From: Trichodesmium erythraeum IMS101
Lineage (GTDB): Bacteria; Cyanobacteriota; Cyanobacteriia; Cyanobacteriales; Microcoleaceae
DNA length: 32,000 nt
Reading direction: 5' to 3'
Assembly (NCBI RefSeq): GCF_000014265.1
Contig: NC_008312.1
Coordinates: 6,450,001 to 6,482,000, forward strand
The notes under the pieces were generated by a model. The model made no database searches and had not been told where the DNA came from. It saw nothing but the letters and a program-made list of their open reading frames with translations. The position numbers were made by a program, and so were the translations under genes. This document shows, one piece after another, positions 1-8,806 of this stretch; the stretch's first letter is position 1; every line of letters begins with the position of its first letter.

Positions 1-1733
1 TTGAACTTAAACGAGATGCTTATCCCAGAGTTGTACTGAATAATCTCTACAAACAAACTCCCCTACAAGCAAATTTCGGAGCCAATGTTTTAGCACTGGT
101 AAATTCTGAACCCCAGTTATTAACTCTGAAAAAATACCTAGAAGTTTTCCTAGAATTTAGGGTAGAAACTATTACTAGGAGAACAGAATATGAGCTGCGA
201 AAAGCTGAAGAAAGAGATCATTTATTACAAGGTTTACTAATTGCTTTAGATAACCTTGATGAAATTATTCAATTAATTCGCAATGCTGCTGATACCCCTA
301 ATGCTAAAAAAGAATTAATCGAAAATTATGGTTTATCTGAAGTTCAATCTGATGCAATTTTACAAATGCAGTTAAGAAGATTAACAGCATTAGAAGCACA
401 AAAAATTCAAAAAGAACATGAAGAATTACTACTAAAAATTGCTGATTTGCAAGATATATTAGCTAAACGAGAACGCATTCTAGAAATTATCGAAACTGAA
501 GCTATAGAAATTAAAGAACGTCATGCAACTCCCAGAAGAACTGTTATTGAACTAGCAGAAGGAGAGCTAGATGATACAGATTTAATTGCCAATGAAAAAG
601 CAATTATTTTATTAACAGAACAAGGCTATATTAAGCGGATGCCAGTTAATTCCTTTGAAGCTCAAAGTCGAGCAACTCGCGGTAAATCTGGCACTAAAAT
701 GAAAGAAGATGATGTAGTTGAACATTTTCTCAGTTGTTATGACCATGACAGTATTTTATTCTTTAGCCAAAGGGGAGTTGTTTACTGTCTAAATGCTTAT
801 CAAATTCCTATTGGTTCTCGTGTTGCTCGGGGAGTACCAATAGTGCAAATGTTGCCAATTCCTAGAGATGAAAAAGTTACTTCTATTGTGGCTGTTTCTG
901 AGTTTACTGATGACAAATATTTAGTCATGCTGACTAAGGGTGGATATATCAAAAAAACAAGTTTATCCGCATTTGCTAATATTCGTTCTAATGGATTAAT
1001 AGCTATTTCTCTTGGAGAAGGTGATAGTTTAAGGTGGGTAAGGAGAGCTAAAGTTGATGATAGTCTAATTATTGGTTCTAGTTATGGAATGGCAATTCAC
1101 TTTAGAACGGATAATAAACAGTTGCGTCCTTTAGGTAGAAATACTAGAGGAGTAAAATCTATGAAACTTATCAAAGGTGATGAGTTAATTAGTATGGATA
1201 TTTTACCTAGTTCAATAGTAGAAAATATTGCTGATATAGATGAAGAAAATTTAGAATTAGAAGAAGAAGAGTTAGAAATAGAAACTGATGAAATAGAAGA
1301 GGTAGAAAGTGATGAATTTACTGCCACTAACAATATAGGATCTTGGGTATTAGTTATTACTACAAATGGTTATGGAAAGCGAGTACCAGTTTCTCAATTT
1401 ACTTTACAAAATAGAGGTGGCAAAGGTCGTATTGCTACTAAGTTTAAACAGAAGAAAAAGAAACAAGACCAAGTAGCTGCTTTGCGAGTAGTAAATGAGT
1501 CAGAAGAGTTGATGATAATTACTGCAAAGGGAATTATTATTCGTCAAGCAATAGATGCTATTTCTATTCAATCTCGTAGTGCTACAGGAGTTAGAGTACA
1601 AAAACTTGATGATGCAGATGCTATAGCAGAGGTGGCTTTAGTTCCGGCTACGGAAACTGAAGAAACAATAGAAATAGAAGAAGGTATAATGGAAGCAGAA
1701 GTAGTGGAAACAGAAGAAGATATGGAAGAATAA
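1..1733 (+). CDS. gyrA: DNA gyrase subunit A, C-terminal ~576 codons (5' end lies upstream of the window)
   Basis: Frame 3 is open from the window edge to the TAA at 1731-1733. The translation (ELKRDAYPRVVLNNLYKQTPLQANFGANVLALV ... SEVQSDAILQMQLRRLTALEAQKI) is the conserved GyrA tower/coiled-coil region. It is followed by the repeated blades of the beta-pinwheel C-terminal domain (GYIKRMP, GGYIKKT, GYGKRVP, KGIIIRQ). The track ORF at 366 is only an internal Met. Confidence 0.93.
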   Translation, partial: ELKRDAYPRVVLNNLYKQTPLQANFGANVLALVNSEPQLLTLKKYLEVFLEFRVETITRRTEYELRKAEERDHLLQGLLIALDNLDEIIQLIRNAADTPNAKKELIENYGLSEVQSDAILQMQLRRLTALEAQKIQKEHEELLLKIADLQDILAKRERILEIIETEAIEIKERHATPRRTVIELAEGELDDTDLIANEKAIILLTEQGYIKRMPVNSFEAQSRATRGKSGTKMKEDDVVEHFLSCYDHDSILFFSQRGVVYCLNAYQIPIGSRVARGVPIVQMLPIPRDEKVTSIVAVSEFTDDKYLVMLTKGGYIKKTSLSAFANIRSNGLIAISLGEGDSLRWVRRAKVDDSLIIGSSYGMAIHFRTDNKQLRPLGRNTRGVKSMKLIKGDELISMDILPSSIVENIADIDEENLELEEEELEIETDEIEEVESDEFTATNNIGSWVLVITTNGYGKRVPVSQFTLQNRGGKGRIATKFKQKKKKQDQVAALRVVNESEELMIITAKGIIIRQAIDAISIQSRSATGVRVQKLDDADAIAEVALVPATETEETIEIEEGIMEAEVVETEEDMEE

Positions 1734-2078
1734 ACATTTGTTTGTAGTTGGGTTGGCACATCAAGATACATCTTTTGCAATTTAGCCATTCAGGCATTAG
1801 CTGTTAGTCTGTCAGCCATTAGGCTAACAGAAACAGCAAATTATAATCTAAATTATACTGTTTTTTTAAATCAAGTTGCGATAGTTTAATTACCTATAAT
1901 TACCTAATTAAACTGATTATATTAAGTATCATTAATTAGTCATAATAAAATTATTTTCTCCCATCAACTGCTCTAAATTACCTAAAATTTACTAGCAACA
2001 TTTTAATTATTCTTTTGTTTATTACAACCTGCTGAAATTCCATAGAATTTCCTTGCCTATTCCTCAGATAATTTATTT

Positions 2079-3833
2079 ATGTTTACCTACTTATTTATAA
2101 CATTTATTAGTGGCATTCTAATGGGAATGACCACAGCACCTATTGGTGCATGGTTTCTTGGATGGGTAGCTTTAGCTCCTCTCTGGGTATTAGTAATTCA
2201 ACAGGAAAAACCTTTTAATAAATTTTTATTAGGTTTAGCTTGGGGAATAGGTTATCATGGTTTAGCTTTGTTTTGGATAACTGGAATTCATCCTATGACT
2301 TGGTTAGGAATTCCTTGGTTAGCTAGTCTAGCGATCGCTCTATTTTGTTGGATTTTTATCACCCTTTGGGGAGCAATTTTAGTTGCTATTTGGGCTTATT
2401 TATTTGGATTTTTAGCTCCTATATCTTTCTCAGATAAAATATCCTCATTTACTAGAATTTTATTAAGTATAACTATATGGTGTTGTTTAGAGAAAATTTG
2501 GAGTTTAGGAAATCTTTATTGGACTTCTCTAGCTTTTACTCAGAGCAATCACAATTTAGTAATTTTACACCTTAGTAGATTATCAGGGCCAATTACAATT
2601 ACTGCAGCTATTGTAACAGTGAATGCTTTATTTGGGGAAGCTTTTATTAAAGGAAAATTACGTCAAAATTCCCCAAATTTTCAACAAATTATGTTTGGTC
2701 AAATTATGTTTGGTCAAAAACAAAATAATTCAGAGCTACCAAACTTATTGACTAAGTTTCCCTTTTTATACCAAATCTGGTTATCAAAAGGTAAATTTTT
2801 TAAATCCTCTTTAACCATCTCCGGAACCCCTCATATCTCAAGTTCCCTATATGATCAAAAAATGCTCCATAAACAGGATTTAGTATCCCTTACTCCTTCT
2901 TACTTTTTCCTGGTTCCAATAATAATTTTAATATTGTTCCATATCATAGGGTTTGGTCTATATAATACTCCTTTAAATTCAGAATCAACAGCAGCTTTAA
3001 AGGTGGGAATTATTCAAGGAAATATTCCCAATGAAATTAAGCTTAATTCCGGAGGTTGGTATCATGCTTTAGAAGGTTATACTCAAGGATATAAAGAGTT
3101 AGCAAAGGAAAATATTGATGCTGTATTAACTCCAGAAACAGCTTTACCTTTTTTATGGACAAATCAAAATAATCCTAGATTCCTTTCTTTTTATCAAGCA
3201 ATTTTAGAGAAAGGAGTAGTAGTTTGGGTAGGAGGTTATGGCAAACAGAAGAATAATCTGACAAATAGCTTATTTACTATTGATAGTAAAGGAGAAATAT
3301 TCAGCCGTTATGACAAAATCAAATTAGTACCTCTAGGAGAATATATTCCTTTTAATAAAATGTTAGGAAAGTTAATAGATAGACTCTCACCTTTAGATGC
3401 TAATTTAGTACCAGGAAAAATAGACCAGATATTTGACACACCTTTTGGAAAAGCTATAGTCGGAATTTGTTATGATTCAGCTTTTTCCGAAGTATTTCAA
3501 AGGCAAACATTAGCAGGAGGAGAATTTATTTTAACTGCTGCTAATAATGCTCATTATAGTTCTACAATGCCAGCTCAACATCATGCTCAAGATGTAATTC
3601 GAGCTATAGAAAATGATAGATGGACAGTACGAGCAACAAATACAGGTTATTCTGGAGTTGTAGATCCCCATGGTAGAACAATTTGGCTATCAGAAATTAA
3701 TACTTATGTAACCCATACAGCTAGAATTTATAGGCGCAAGACCCAAACTTTATATGTCAAATTGGGTGATTGGTTGACACCACTATTGGTCTTAGGAGGA
3801 GTATTCACAAAAATAATTATATGGTTAAAATAA
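2079..3833 (+). CDS. lnt: apolipoprotein N-acyltransferase
   Basis: 584 aa. The N-terminal half is a polytopic membrane domain. The C-terminal half is a CN-hydrolase (nitrilase-fold) domain with the Lnt Glu/Lys/Cys contexts (TPETALP, YDKIKLVPLGEYIP, GICYDSAF), followed by a terminal TM helix (LTPLLVLGGVFTKIIIWL). Confidence 0.85.
   Translation: MFTYLFITFISGILMGMTTAPIGAWFLGWVALAPLWVLVIQQEKPFNKFLLGLAWGIGYHGLALFWITGIHPMTWLGIPWLASLAIALFCWIFITLWGAILVAIWAYLFGFLAPISFSDKISSFTRILLSITIWCCLEKIWSLGNLYWTSLAFTQSNHNLVILHLSRLSGPITITAAIVTVNALFGEAFIKGKLRQNSPNFQQIMFGQIMFGQKQNNSELPNLLTKFPFLYQIWLSKGKFFKSSLTISGTPHISSSLYDQKMLHKQDLVSLTPSYFFLVPIIILILFHIIGFGLYNTPLNSESTAALKVGIIQGNIPNEIKLNSGGWYHALEGYTQGYKELAKENIDAVLTPETALPFLWTNQNNPRFLSFYQAILEKGVVVWVGGYGKQKNNLTNSLFTIDSKGEIFSRYDKIKLVPLGEYIPFNKMLGKLIDRLSPLDANLVPGKIDQIFDTPFGKAIVGICYDSAFSEVFQRQTLAGGEFILTAANNAHYSSTMPAQHHAQDVIRAIENDRWTVRATNTGYSGVVDPHGRTIWLSEINTYVTHTARIYRRKTQTLYVKLGDWLTPLLVLGGVFTKIIIWLK
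2685..2714 (+). repeat. perfect 15-bp tandem duplication CAAATTATGTTTGGT x2 inside lnt (encodes QIMFGQIMFG)
   Basis: Read directly: 2685-2699 is identical to 2700-2714. Confidence 0.95.
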
Positions 3834-3947
3834 AATAATCTACTTCTGCTAAAATACAATAAATATAGGCTTAATAGTTAATTAAATATTAAATCACAAT
3901 ACTAAACAAAAAGTGAATAATATAACTGAAATATTTGAGAAAAAAAT

Positions 3948-5345
3948 ATGATTACGAAGAGTAAATTATGTAAATTAATTGGGTTATTTATACTTGCTTT
4001 AATATTAGTTACTTGTAGGGTTAATCCAAATAAGGATAATATCCAAAAGCCTCAATCAGATCAAGTATTAACAATTTGGTGGAATCGAGGATACTATCCG
4101 GAGCAAGAAGAAGCTCTTAAAAAAGTAGTTGTTGACTGGGAGGAAAAAACAAATAACAAAGTTAAACTTTTGTTTTTCAGTGAGGATGATATATTACAAG
4201 CAGCTATTGATGCTTTGGAAGTAGGTAAAACACCTGATATTCTCTTTTCCGAAAGAGCAGAGTTTACTTTAATTCCCCAGTGGGCTAGAGAAGGAAAATT
4301 AGTAGATGTTTCAGATGTAATTAAGCCTGTAAAAAAATCCTATGATACAACTGCACTGAACTCTTCTTATTTGTACAACCAAGTTAAGTCTAAATCTTCT
4401 AATTATACTGTGCCAATAATGCAGCAAACTCTCCATGTTCATTACTGGCTTGATTTAATTAGTGAAGCTGGTTTGGGTGAAGAAATACCAGAAGAGTGGG
4501 ACGAGTTTTGGCAGTTTTGGCAAAAGGCACAAAAAGTTTTGCGTGAAAAAGGTCAAGATAATATTTATGCTTTAGGTTTGCCTATGTCTATTAATAGTAC
4601 AGATACTTACATTATATTTAAACAAATCTTGGAAGCTAACAATTTACAAATAGTAGATAAACAGGGAAAATTACAAGTCGATAAACCAGAAATAAGACAA
4701 AAAATTATTGATATTTTAGACTGGTATACTAGCTTTTATAAAAATGGGTATGTGCCACCTAAAGCAGTTAACTGGAGTAATTCTGATAATAATATTAGTT
4801 TCCTCAATCAGAATACTTTAATGACAATTAATCCAAGTATGTCAATTCCTGGTTCTCAACAAGAAGATGAAGAAATTTACTTAAATAAAATGAGAACTAT
4901 AGAGTTTCCGAATAATCCTAATGGAGGTGCTCCAACATATTTAGTATCTGTCAAAGAACCTATAATTTTTACATCTTCTCCTAATCCATTATTGGCGAAA
5001 AATTTTCTTTCATACTTAGTAAAACCAGATAATTTAGGACCTTATATTAAAGGTGCAAAAGGTCGTTATTTTCCAATTATGCCTAAGCTCTGGAAAGACC
5101 CTTTTTGGAGTAATATAAAAGATCCCCATATTTCTGTTGCTTCTCAACAATTTACTAAATCTCAGACTCGTTTACTTCACAATTCTATCAACCCAGCTTA
5201 TTCTCAAATAGATTCAGAAAATATTTGGGGAAAAGCCATGGCAAAAGTGTTAATTGAAGGCTTATCACCAACTGCTGCAACAGACCAAGCTATTAATCAA
5301 ATTAAAGAAATATTTGCTCAGTCAAAAACTCAGAATGAAAGGTAA
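3948..5345 (+). CDS. ABC-type extracellular solute-binding lipoprotein (family 1, carbohydrate-type), with no transporter partners nearby
   Basis: 465 aa. It has a lipoprotein-like signal ending in a lipobox Cys (LALILVTC). The rest has the composition and length of sugar-type substrate-binding proteins (LTIWWNRGYYPEQEEALKKVV..., TPDILF). The stop lies 29 nt before the kinase start. Confidence 0.8.
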   Translation: MITKSKLCKLIGLFILALILVTCRVNPNKDNIQKPQSDQVLTIWWNRGYYPEQEEALKKVVVDWEEKTNNKVKLLFFSEDDILQAAIDALEVGKTPDILFSERAEFTLIPQWAREGKLVDVSDVIKPVKKSYDTTALNSSYLYNQVKSKSSNYTVPIMQQTLHVHYWLDLISEAGLGEEIPEEWDEFWQFWQKAQKVLREKGQDNIYALGLPMSINSTDTYIIFKQILEANNLQIVDKQGKLQVDKPEIRQKIIDILDWYTSFYKNGYVPPKAVNWSNSDNNISFLNQNTLMTINPSMSIPGSQQEDEEIYLNKMRTIEFPNNPNGGAPTYLVSVKEPIIFTSSPNPLLAKNFLSYLVKPDNLGPYIKGAKGRYFPIMPKLWKDPFWSNIKDPHISVASQQFTKSQTRLLHNSINPAYSQIDSENIWGKAMAKVLIEGLSPTAATDQAINQIKEIFAQSKTQNER

Positions 5346-5374
5346 TATAGTAAAGCTAAAAATTAGAGTATTAA

Positions 5375-7474
5375 ATGATGCACTTTTGGAAAAAAAGCCT
5401 CTTGATCCAAATTGTAGGTTCTTTTTTAATATTGTCATTAATGACAATATCAATTGTCGGATATACAACTTTTAGTCAAGCACGAGCATCTTTAAAAGAA
5501 TCAGTGTTTGATCGCCTTAATTTTGCTGTAAAACTTAAGGAAAATGAACTTAATAATTGGATATTAGATCAACGTAGAAATATTTTGGCGATCGCCGACT
5601 TGCCAGAAATTAATAACCAAGCAAAAATATTGTTAACAAGCCAAAAATCTACTCCAGAATATAAGTCAGCTCAAACTTTACTATATGCTTCTTTAAAATC
5701 TTTTGTCAGTAATCTTAATAACTTGCAAGAAATTTTTATTTTAAGCAAAAGTAGTAGAATTTTAGTTTCGAGTAATTCCAATAAAGTAGGAAAATATCAA
5801 GCCCTAACTCAATATAGTCCAGTAACAAGATCTCCCACATATAAGTTAAGATCAAATCTTTACCGCAGTGCTGAAACAGATAAACCCATAATTACCTTTG
5901 CTATTCCTATTCTTAATGAAAATGGTAAACAATTAGGAATATTAGCTAGCCATCTTCGCCTAGAAAGAATTGATTCTATTATTAGAGAACAAGCAGGGTT
6001 AGGACAAACAGCAAAAATATATTTAGTAGGTAATATTGGTAATAGTTTTTCGAGGATAAATGTATTTGTTTCAGCTACGGAATTTGGTTCAAAAGAATTT
6101 CCTAATGGTATTAGTAGTAAAGGTATTAATGATGCTATTAATCATAAAAATGGTGAAGGGTTGTATCGAAATTACAAGGGTGTGCCAGTCATTGGTGTTT
6201 ATCGGTGGCTAGAATATAAAGACTTAGCATTATTAGCAGAAATAGATCAAACAGAAGCATTTGCATCTGCTCGTCATCTTGCTAGTTCAATTTTGCTAGT
6301 TGGTTTGACATTAGCTTTAGTAATGGCAGTAGCTATGTTGTTATTAGGCCGTCAAATTGTACGGCCAATTTTAGCTATCGCTCATACAGCTAGGTTAGTA
6401 AGTAAAGGTGATCTAACTCAAAAAGTGCCAGTATTAACTAAAAACGAAATTGGTTTGTTGGCTAAAACTTTTAATGAAATGATTAAACAGCTAGAAAATT
6501 CATATCAGGAACTATCTAATTATAATCAAATTCTTGAGGTAAAAGTTAATGAAAGAACCCAAGAATTAAAAGAAAAAAATACATACCTAGAAAAAACACT
6601 TTTTAAGTTAAAACAAACTCAATCTCAATTAATTCAGGATGAAAAGATGGTAGCTTTAGGTCAATTAGTTGCTGGGGTAGCTCATGAAATTAATAACCCT
6701 ATTAACTTTATATATGGCAATGTTAAACCCGCCAGAACTTATACAAAAGATTTATTAGATTTAATCAACCTTTATCAGCAATATTATCCAGAACGGGCAT
6801 CTGAAATTTTAGAAATAGAAACGACAATAGACCTAGATTTTATAAGAGAAGATTTTCCTAGTTTGCTTGATTCTATGGAGGAAGGTTCTAGAAGAATTAA
6901 AGAGATAGTTTTATCCTTGCGTAACTTTTCTCGCCATGATCAATCTAGCCAAAAACAAGTTAATATTCACGAAGGTATAGATAGTACTCTACTAATTTTG
7001 CAAAATCGCCTTAAACCTAGGGTAGGATATCCAGAAATTCAGATAATTAAAGAATATGGTAAGCTGCCATTGGTAGAATGTTTGGCTAGTCAAATTAATC
7101 AAGTTTTTATGAATCTTTTTGCTAATGGTATTGATGCTTTAGAAATGTCATGGGAAAAATCTAAATCGAAGTTTTTTTCTATTAAACCCCAGATCATAAT
7201 TAAGACGAAAACTCTCAATAAAGACTATATATCTATCCATATTATTGATAATGGTCTAGGAATACCAGAAAAAAATAAAAATAGAATATTTGAACCCTTT
7301 TATACAACAAAACCTGTAGGAAAAGGTACGGGTTTAGGATTATCCCTTAGTTATCAAATAATTGTGGAAAAACATGGAGGTAATTTTTACTGTAATTCTT
7401 TGGTAAACGAAGGTACAGAATTTGTAATTGAATTGCCTATTTTGTATAAGTTCTCATCAATGAGTAAAAGTTAA
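5375..7474 (+). CDS. sensor histidine kinase (TM - Cache-like periplasmic domain - TM - HAMP - coiled coil - HisKA - HATPase)
   Basis: 699 aa. There are two TM segments (aa ~10-30 and ~300-325) flanking a ~270-aa extracytoplasmic domain with a Cache-like C-terminal signature (YRNYKGVPVIGVYRWLEYKDLALLAEIDQTEAF). Downstream motifs: a HAMP region, H-box AGVAHEINNPINF, N-box QVFMNLFANGIDAL, G1 IDNGLGI and G2 GKGTGLGLS. No response regulator gene is adjacent. Confidence 0.9.
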   Translation: MMHFWKKSLLIQIVGSFLILSLMTISIVGYTTFSQARASLKESVFDRLNFAVKLKENELNNWILDQRRNILAIADLPEINNQAKILLTSQKSTPEYKSAQTLLYASLKSFVSNLNNLQEIFILSKSSRILVSSNSNKVGKYQALTQYSPVTRSPTYKLRSNLYRSAETDKPIITFAIPILNENGKQLGILASHLRLERIDSIIREQAGLGQTAKIYLVGNIGNSFSRINVFVSATEFGSKEFPNGISSKGINDAINHKNGEGLYRNYKGVPVIGVYRWLEYKDLALLAEIDQTEAFASARHLASSILLVGLTLALVMAVAMLLLGRQIVRPILAIAHTARLVSKGDLTQKVPVLTKNEIGLLAKTFNEMIKQLENSYQELSNYNQILEVKVNERTQELKEKNTYLEKTLFKLKQTQSQLIQDEKMVALGQLVAGVAHEINNPINFIYGNVKPARTYTKDLLDLINLYQQYYPERASEILEIETTIDLDFIREDFPSLLDSMEEGSRRIKEIVLSLRNFSRHDQSSQKQVNIHEGIDSTLLILQNRLKPRVGYPEIQIIKEYGKLPLVECLASQINQVFMNLFANGIDALEMSWEKSKSKFFSIKPQIIIKTKTLNKDYISIHIIDNGLGIPEKNKNRIFEPFYTTKPVGKGTGLGLSLSYQIIVEKHGGNFYCNSLVNEGTEFVIELPILYKFSSMSKS

Positions 7475-8384
7475 TTCTTAAGGGAGTAGGGAATAAGAAA
7501 TATAAAAAAGTTGTGCCTCAAGGGTTGGATAAATGGTATATAAATACGATTAAGTAGTGGCGCAAAATTAATTATACATTTATATAAGCTGCATTTTTTA
7601 CATTCTCAAAAGCAAAGATAATTAAAATAAGTAAATATTTTTTTCATGGTACTTGATAAGATAAAATGTGCAAATTAAAATCCTGTATATAAATTTGTAA
7701 AATATGTGTTTTTTTGTTTGCAGTCTATTACTAAACTTTCCCAATAAATTCACCTTTATTACTTCTATACCTCGTTTTTTTATCAGCTAAAAATTAATGG
7801 CTTTAAGCAAATTAAATTATAATATTTTTGATAGAATTGAATTCTACTCAAAAAAAGTAGATAATAACTAGAATTGTAAAGATAAATCTGTATTTTAATA
7901 CACGACAATATATCCCTATTAAAACTTCAAAAAAATTCTCTCTTTTTTATTTGTTCAATATTTTGTCTCCCGGATAAAAACTATCCCCCTAAAATTCTGT
8001 ATGTAGCACTAGGAATTTAGGAGACGGATAACTACTATAATAGTATTATTTATTCCCTGTGATTTTTATAAGTATAGGTTGTTCAGCACAAGCAAGTTTA
8101 TGTAATGAATTTATTTGGCATAAATAATTACCAACTGTGATGAATGTTTATTATAAGTTATAGAAGCAAGAAAAACTAAAGTTGAAATAGTAAAGTTGTA
8201 AGTACATCTTAAAATCAAGGGATATTAATAGAGATAACTTTATTAAATTAATTAGAGATGATATTTTTCAGCTACTATAATCAAGATTAACTAAAGATTG
8301 TCTATTATTTTTTTTTCACTCTTAGTATAAGACAAATTCTTATTAATTAGTCAGAATAAAAATGCTTTTATGAAATTAATTGCT

Positions 8385-8419
8385 CCCAATTCCCAATTCT
8401 TAATTCCCAATTCCCTAAA
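8385..8419 (+). repeat. STRR-like heptamer tandem array (CCCAATT CCCAATT CTTAATT CCCAATT CCCTAAA)
   Basis: Read directly. Five heptamer units, three of them perfect, in the recJ upstream non-coding stretch. Confidence 0.9.
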
Positions 8420-8646
8420 ATTTTCCCACCGTGGTTATTCAAAGATATCTGATGTTATAATTTTTTTTTACTTTTGATTTTTTTTTCTGAGAAGGTAGTA
8501 GCAATTCCTATACATTAATACTAACTTTTGATCAAACTTTAGTTGTTAAATGATAAACACAAAGGGAATAACTTTTTTGCATAATGAACCCTAAATTAAT
8601 GTTGATTTTATCAAGACTTTTATAAATATTTTACGGATTTTGTATT

Positions 8647-8696
8647 CAACGTCCCTATCCCTACTCCTCAAGGTTCGGGGTTAGGATCAAAATGTT
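8647..8696 (-). repeat. short dispersed intergenic repeat, copy C (inverted orientation, with an internal insertion)
   Basis: The reverse complement reads AACATTTT GATCCTAACCCCGAAC CTTGAGGAGTAGGGATAGGGACGTTG. It is collinear with copy B apart from a ~16-nt insertion and small indels. Confidence 0.7.
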
Positions 8697-8806
8697 AAGT
8701 TGAAAAGTATTTGAGAAATGGTATAAGAGGAGTTAACTTTTGACTTGCCCCTAGTGCTCACGTAGCGCTATACTCAATCATTAATAATTTAAATAATTAA
8801 TTAATA

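Noticed and set aside
1097-1789. Minus-strand ORFs 1097-1333 and 1568-1789.
   Set aside because: They are antisense to gyrA. Their Ser-rich translations are produced by the GAA/GAT-rich acidic tracts.
5254-5475. 73-aa plus-strand ORF spanning the SBP stop and the kinase start.
   Set aside because: It is an off-frame overlap of two well-supported CDSs, with no independent signal.
8660-8685. ACTCCTCAAGG considered as a Yfr1-like motif (ACUCCUCACAC), and GGTTCGGGG considered as a tRNA T-arm-like motif.
   Set aside because: The Yfr1 core is not matched exactly and the flanking stem-loops are not evident. No cloverleaf can be built around the T-arm-like segment. The sequence is better explained as copy C of the dispersed repeat.
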